DNA of 64,000 nt, from IMG/VR virus record IMGVR_UViG_3300012971_000001, positions 53,451-117,450 of that record, one strand, 5' to 3'. The translations under genes were made by a program, and so were the position numbers. Source of the stretch: a virus. Positions 60,105 to 64,000 of this stretch are shown piece by piece. Each line of letters begins with the position of its first letter. The stretch's first letter is position 1. Below the pieces are notes generated by a model, which saw only the letters and a program-made list of their open reading frames with translations, searched no databases and was not told where the DNA came from.

Positions 60105-60809
60105 ATGAGCAGACGACATATATTCGATCCAATCGCAGAGGCACACAGGTTCCGGTACATTGCCACAGACCCGCTGGAGTTCTCTCTGCAAAACACACCG
60201 ATCAGCCGCGGCTTCCGGTACTATGAGACGTTGGGCGACAAATCGACGGCCCACACACCGGATATGCCGCTGCCAATACAGCTGCTGCCGGACTATCTGT
60301 ACTCGCTGGCTGCGGCAATCCAAACGAACCCGGAGATCATCGATACGATCGGCTACGACCTTCGCTGTCCGGTAGACGAGCAGGACATGGAATTCGCCGA
60401 GGGCATTGGGTACAACAGCGAGAAGGTTCGCTACTTCAACCTGAAGGAGAGGAAGGTATCCTCAACGCCTAGCAAACGCTTTGACAAGCGCTGGGAAGAA
60501 ATCAAGTCCTACATGGACGGGACACCGCTGGGGATGTTCCACGTGCTGGTGAAGGACCACTACAGCGGTATCCAGAAATTCGTGCTGATGTACGAAATCC
60601 TGGATTACCTGCGGCGCAGGCATTCCGCCATGTATGGGCAGTACGCTGCGCAGATGCTGAAGTGGGATGGTGTGTCCTATTCCGAGCTCGACAACGCATA
60701 TGCTACGGTCCGCTATGCTCTAAGGGCCAACGAGGCAGCACACGCAGTGCAGCGGCTGGTCAAGCGTTACCGTGAGTCGCTGGAAGAAAAGACCGAGGTG
60801 ACAGCGTAG
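60105..60809 (+). CDS. Hypothetical early protein
   Basis: GGAG SD after promoter B. Confidence 0.7.
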   Translation: MSRRHIFDPIAEAHRFRYIATDPLEFSLQNTPISRGFRYYETLGDKSTAHTPDMPLPIQLLPDYLYSLAAAIQTNPEIIDTIGYDLRCPVDEQDMEFAEGIGYNSEKVRYFNLKERKVSSTPSKRFDKRWEEIKSYMDGTPLGMFHVLVKDHYSGIQKFVLMYEILDYLRRRHSAMYGQYAAQMLKWDGVSYSELDNAYATVRYALRANEAAHAVQRLVKRYRESLEEKTEVTA

Positions 60810-60857
60810 GGTCTGTGGTTCCGGTAGCCCGCCAGCGATAGTGCCTGAAGGAGGAAA

Positions 60858-61205
60858 ATGAGCAAGAAAATAAATCCTATGCGGCCTGCGAACCTGCAAG
60901 ACATCGTTCCCGGCTGGATATACGAGATCGTGATGGACTGGCGGCAGACAGCCGCGTCGGCACCTGTGGATTATCGCACGGGAAAGCCAAATCCGAAAGG
61001 GGAAGACTGCGTTCATCTGACATACGCCAACACGCTTGGCGATGCGCGCTTCGAGCTAGAAATACAGGCAGAACGCTACTTAAACACTCATCAGCAACTG
61101 CTCCGAAGGATGGGACCGAACAGGTATCATGGCAACGACGGTGACACGATTGTGAACCTCAGTATCATTGCCGTGCAGGATTCCGAGACGAAAGAAAATA
61201 TATGA
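60858..61205 (+). CDS. Hypothetical protein
   Basis: AGGAGG SD. Confidence 0.7.
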   Translation: MSKKINPMRPANLQDIVPGWIYEIVMDWRQTAASAPVDYRTGKPNPKGEDCVHLTYANTLGDARFELEIQAERYLNTHQQLLRRMGPNRYHGNDGDTIVNLSIIAVQDSETKENI

Positions 61206-61447
61206 AAGAGATTACACAGGCCCAGTTCGAGCAGCTGATAAAGCGTGCCTGGGCTGCTTATGACAGATTTGAGAAAAAGGCTGTGTACAAAGATGGCAAC
61301 TCGCACGACTTGGAAAAAGGCCAGGACGAGTGGGACAAGTACGCGAATCTGATGCAGCAGGTAGAAGGCTGGCGGGATAGCCATTTTCCGTGGTGGGAAA
61401 AGCACAATGGGAAAATTGGGTTACCGATGATGCGAGAAAAAAGTTGA
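61202..61447 (+). CDS. Hypothetical protein
   Basis: ATGA coupling. Confidence 0.65.
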   Translation: MKEITQAQFEQLIKRAWAAYDRFEKKAVYKDGNSHDLEKGQDEWDKYANLMQQVEGWRDSHFPWWEKHNGKIGLPMMREKS

Positions 61448-61454
61448 TTCGGAC

Positions 61455-61484
61455 TTGCGCACGATTTCAAACCCGTGTTAGACT
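61455..61484 (+). promoter_or_regulatory. Promoter with dyad operator (copy C), leaderless
   Basis: TTGCGC-18-TAGACT-6-ATG; CACGATTT-ca-AACCCGTG. Confidence 0.85.
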
Positions 61485-61490
61485 TCAGTC

Positions 61491-61697
61491 ATGGCAGCAA
61501 AAAATTTAGCAGAATTAGAAGACAACATGGCGCGGAAGTTCGGCAACGGGACACCGGCGTCGGACGCGGAGATCAAGCGTGGCCTACGCCTAATCAAGCG
61601 CCACATCACGTTCGAGAAGAACGCGCAGAACGAGGACCTGCACAAGGCCATCAGCATCCTGGTCGACGAGTTCCGAAGATTGGGGCGGTTGAAATGA
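61491..61697 (+). CDS. Small hypothetical protein (leaderless)
   Basis: ATG 6 nt after the -10 box. Confidence 0.7.
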   Translation: MAAKNLAELEDNMARKFGNGTPASDAEIKRGLRLIKRHITFEKNAQNEDLHKAISILVDEFRRLGRLK

Positions 61698-61915
61698 TCC
61701 GGGTGTATTTTACCAATCACTTCTACTACGCCGACCGGGAATTCGCCACGCTCGACGAAGCCGTGGCCTATGCGAAGTCGGTTTGCTTCCAGGTGAGCTT
61801 CTGGCAGCCGTTGCCAGGGCCGGGGAACCCGGAAGAGTTTCTGGGCAGCTGGTGCCCCATCGGCGGGCTGAGGCTGCAGGACGCAGCAAAGGAGCTGTTA
61901 TGCATGCACAAGTAA
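61694..61915 (+). CDS. Small hypothetical protein
   Basis: ATGA coupling; FATLDEAVAYAK. Confidence 0.65.
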   Translation: MIRVYFTNHFYYADREFATLDEAVAYAKSVCFQVSFWQPLPGPGNPEEFLGSWCPIGGLRLQDAAKELLCMHK

Positions 61916-62208
61916 TATTGCCGGGCGTGACTCTGGTCTGCAAGGTGGTCATTACGCTAAGCCCGGAAGACTGGGGCCTGTACGAGTACCTGCCGCTGTG
62001 CGGGCGGTTCGTCAACGACCTGAACCAAACGCTCGAGAAGAGCTTCAACAATGGCGCCAGCAAGGTAGAAGCACAACAGCAGGCGCTCCAGCTGATGCAG
62101 GTGAGCAGGGAATATGGCGCCATGGAAGAAGGGCCGCAGCACGTCCTGAAAACGCTGCTGGACAAGCTGTACGCGCTGGACGAGTATAATTACCTGAGCA
62201 GGATGTGA
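61900..62208 (+). CDS. Hypothetical protein
   Basis: AGGAG SD. Confidence 0.65.
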   Translation: MHAQVILPGVTLVCKVVITLSPEDWGLYEYLPLCGRFVNDLNQTLEKSFNNGASKVEAQQQALQLMQVSREYGAMEEGPQHVLKTLLDKLYALDEYNYLSRM

Positions 62209-62210
62209 AA

Positions 62211-62528
62211 ATGACAAAACTGAAATACGAAATCTGGTCGAACGTCGCAGAAGATCCGATGAGGTTTTTCAACGGCTATCGCCAGGGAAATCCGATGAAG
62301 AAATCCTGGGAGGGCGAGCTGGAGGTAGACCAGAAAATAGAGACCGATGACCAGCTGGAGTGCCTGTTCATGAAATTCAACATGGACAACAGACCGAACG
62401 GGAAGGTTGCCCATAGCCTGTCAGTCGGAGATGTGGTGGTGCTAGACGGCAAGGCATACGCGGTTCAGATGATGGGCTTCACGCCGGTGCCTGGTCTGTT
62501 CAAGCCGGTGATTGGCGACTACGCCTAA
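62211..62528 (+). CDS. YodL-like domain protein
   Basis: LECLFMKFN..RP..HSLSVGDVVVL..AY.V..GF. Confidence 0.7.
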   Translation: MTKLKYEIWSNVAEDPMRFFNGYRQGNPMKKSWEGELEVDQKIETDDQLECLFMKFNMDNRPNGKVAHSLSVGDVVVLDGKAYAVQMMGFTPVPGLFKPVIGDYA

Positions 62529-62529
62529 G

Positions 62530-62725
62530 GGCAGTGTGGAAGAAATCTTCCACTACGGTGCAGTAGACATGGTGCCCGGTGAGACGCCGGTGACGCGGTG
62601 TTTTCAGCTATCTGTTTCGGTGCCGGTAGCTGGTTTGGTCCGCTCATGAAACATCTACTGCACCGTAGTAGGAGATTTTCATCAGTGCGTCACCGGGGCA
62701 GCTTTCGGGCTGTCCCGGTTTTTTT
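62530..62725 (+). ncRNA. Candidate structured RNA with 16-bp closing stem, alternative pairing and terminator
   Basis: 62552-67 and 62654-69 form a perfect inverted repeat; 62587-96 and 62687-96 are complementary; terminator 62693-62725. Confidence 0.6.
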
Positions 62726-62746
62726 GTGATTTTCTGAAATTTGGAC

Positions 62747-62775
62747 TTGCGCACAGGTTTCAACCCGTGTAAACT
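62747..62775 (+). promoter_or_regulatory. Promoter with dyad operator (copy D), leaderless
   Basis: TTGCGC-17-TAAACT-6-ATG; CACAGGTT-tc-AACCCGTG. Confidence 0.85.
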
Positions 62776-62781
62776 CAGATC

Positions 62782-63135
62782 ATGGTTGACAAATTCAAAC
62801 CCAAAACGTACAAGACAAAAGAAAAAGCAGCAGCAGCGCTGGGGATCACGGTCGCCCAGCTTGACGTCGTCGGGCGTGGCGCCTGGATGGTGTATCAGGA
62901 GGTCGGCTATGACCTGGCCGAGCTGAACGGCGGCCGCGGCATTCCGCGGAACGAAGTGATCGAAGTGGTCCTGGACGCCGGCCGCCTGGAGCAGCTCCTG
63001 CAGCAGAAAGCGAAGTACTTGCGGGCAGACGAAGCCGACGTAAAGGCAGCAGTCGCGGTGCTCAGCAAGCATGACCACTACGCCGAGCTGTGTGGCGCCA
63101 TGAGGCTCTACTTCACCGCAAAGAGGTACGAATAA
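62782..63135 (+). CDS. Hypothetical early protein (leaderless)
   Basis: ATG 6 nt after the -10 box. Confidence 0.75.
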   Translation: MVDKFKPKTYKTKEKAAAALGITVAQLDVVGRGAWMVYQEVGYDLAELNGGRGIPRNEVIEVVLDAGRLEQLLQQKAKYLRADEADVKAAVAVLSKHDHYAELCGAMRLYFTAKRYE

Positions 63136-63515
63136 TGCAGGCAGGCGACAAGATTTACACGGTAGAGTACGGCAACCACGACCCGAGCTTTAACGTCGTG
63201 ACGGTGACCAAGATCACGCCCAAGGGCACGGTCGAGGTCGAATGGGCGTCGGGCACACGCTCGCGCTTCAACAAGGACGGCAGGGAGATCGGCGAGAAGG
63301 GCTACTTCCGGCGCGAGCTGGATCGCGTGCCGTTCGCAGAGCGGCAGGCACTACTCGCCCAGCTGCAACGCACCAAAGCCGCGTCAGCCGCGGTGAAGCA
63401 GGTGATGGTCGAAAGCAGCCTGAATTTCCGGTGGGGCAAAGAAGGCATGGAAAAAGAGCTGGCCCGGCTGCAGGCGCTGCTCGATGAAGCAAAAGCCGCC
63501 GTTGGCGCCATATAG
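63135..63515 (+). CDS. Hypothetical protein
   Basis: GAGG SD, TAATG coupling; VTKITPKG..RFNKDGRE beta-barrel-like pattern. Confidence 0.7.
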   Translation: MQAGDKIYTVEYGNHDPSFNVVTVTKITPKGTVEVEWASGTRSRFNKDGREIGEKGYFRRELDRVPFAERQALLAQLQRTKAASAAVKQVMVESSLNFRWGKEGMEKELARLQALLDEAKAAVGAI

Positions 63516-63546
63516 AAAATTTTCGAAAAATAATCGGGTTTCGGAC

Positions 63547-63575
63547 TTGCGCACGGTTCGAAACCCGTGTAAATT
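63547..63575 (+). promoter_or_regulatory. Promoter with dyad operator (copy E), leaderless
   Basis: TTGCGC-17-TAAATT-6-ATG; CACGGTTC-ga-AACCCGTG. Confidence 0.85.
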
Positions 63576-63581
63576 TAGACC

Positions 63582-64000
63582 ATGGACAGCAAAATTAATC
63601 AGTTGAAACAAGTGCTACCGCAGCTCGGCGCCAGCGATCAGAAATTCGCCAACGACCTCATCAGCGGCCCATTCGGCTACGAGAAGCGCGGGACGCTCTC
63701 AGCCAAGCAGTGGCCGTGGGTCGATAAGCTCATCGCCCGTGCCACCGCTCCCAAGCCGGAGCAGAAGAAGATCGACGTCGGCAGCATGGCGGGCGTGATC
63801 GCGCTCTTCAAGAAGGCCCAGGAGAAGCTGAAGCATCCGAAGATCGTGCTATCGCTGAACGGCGAGCCGATCACGCACGCAGTCGCCGGTCCCGGCAGCA
63901 AGGCTCCTGGCAGCATTAACGTTATGGGCGAGGGGAAATACCCCACGCGGGAATGGTTCGGCCGCATCTCGCCGGAAGGGCAGTGGGCGCCGTCGGGCAG
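63582..64000 (+). CDS. Hypothetical protein (runs off the window)
   Basis: Open frame MDSKINQLK..FANDL..LSAKQWPWV..WFGRI; absent from the ORF track because there is no stop in the window. Confidence 0.8.
   Translation, partial: MDSKINQLKQVLPQLGASDQKFANDLISGPFGYEKRGTLSAKQWPWVDKLIARATAPKPEQKKIDVGSMAGVIALFKKAQEKLKHPKIVLSLNGEPITHAVAGPGSKAPGSINVMGEGKYPTREWFGRISPEGQWAPSG

Noticed and set aside
58855-63581. Repeats considered as a CRISPR array
   Set aside because: Degenerate, separated by 0.8-1.4 kb of genes, and carrying -35/-10 boxes; these are promoters
1-64000. tRNA genes, integrase, stop-codon reassignment
   Set aside because: No cloverleaf with T-loop recognised, no recombinase motifs, and genes are intact under the standard code

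Overview
This window is a segment of a large tailed (siphovirus-like) dsDNA phage genome, with essentially all real genes on the + strand. 1-27.5 kb is virion morphogenesis: a collagen-rich fibre, neck and head genes, tail tube, frameshifting tail chaperones, tape measure, hub and a second large beta-helix fibre. 27.5-56 kb is replication, recombination and DNA modification: SF2 helicase, DnaB-like helicase, primase, 5'-3' exonuclease, sigma-like factor, clamp, UDG-PolA fusion, SSB, RecA, clamp loader, fused SbcD-SbcC, plus a TGT/DpdA-like gene with folE and queD, a methyltransferase and a glycosyltransferase. 57-64 kb holds small early-type genes behind repeated promoters. The most notable observations are: (1) eight paralogous HNH-HTH endonuclease genes plus a 29-aa remnant, most of them wedged between and overlapping host genes; (2) five or six promoters carrying a shared dyad operator, and widespread apparently leaderless starts; (3) four intergenic candidate structured RNAs, two with pseudoknot or kissing-loop potential; (4) a 7-deazaguanine-type modification set lacking queE/queC in this window but accompanied by a glycosyltransferase and a methyltransferase. 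All calls come from reading motifs by eye; no database searches or folding programs were run.
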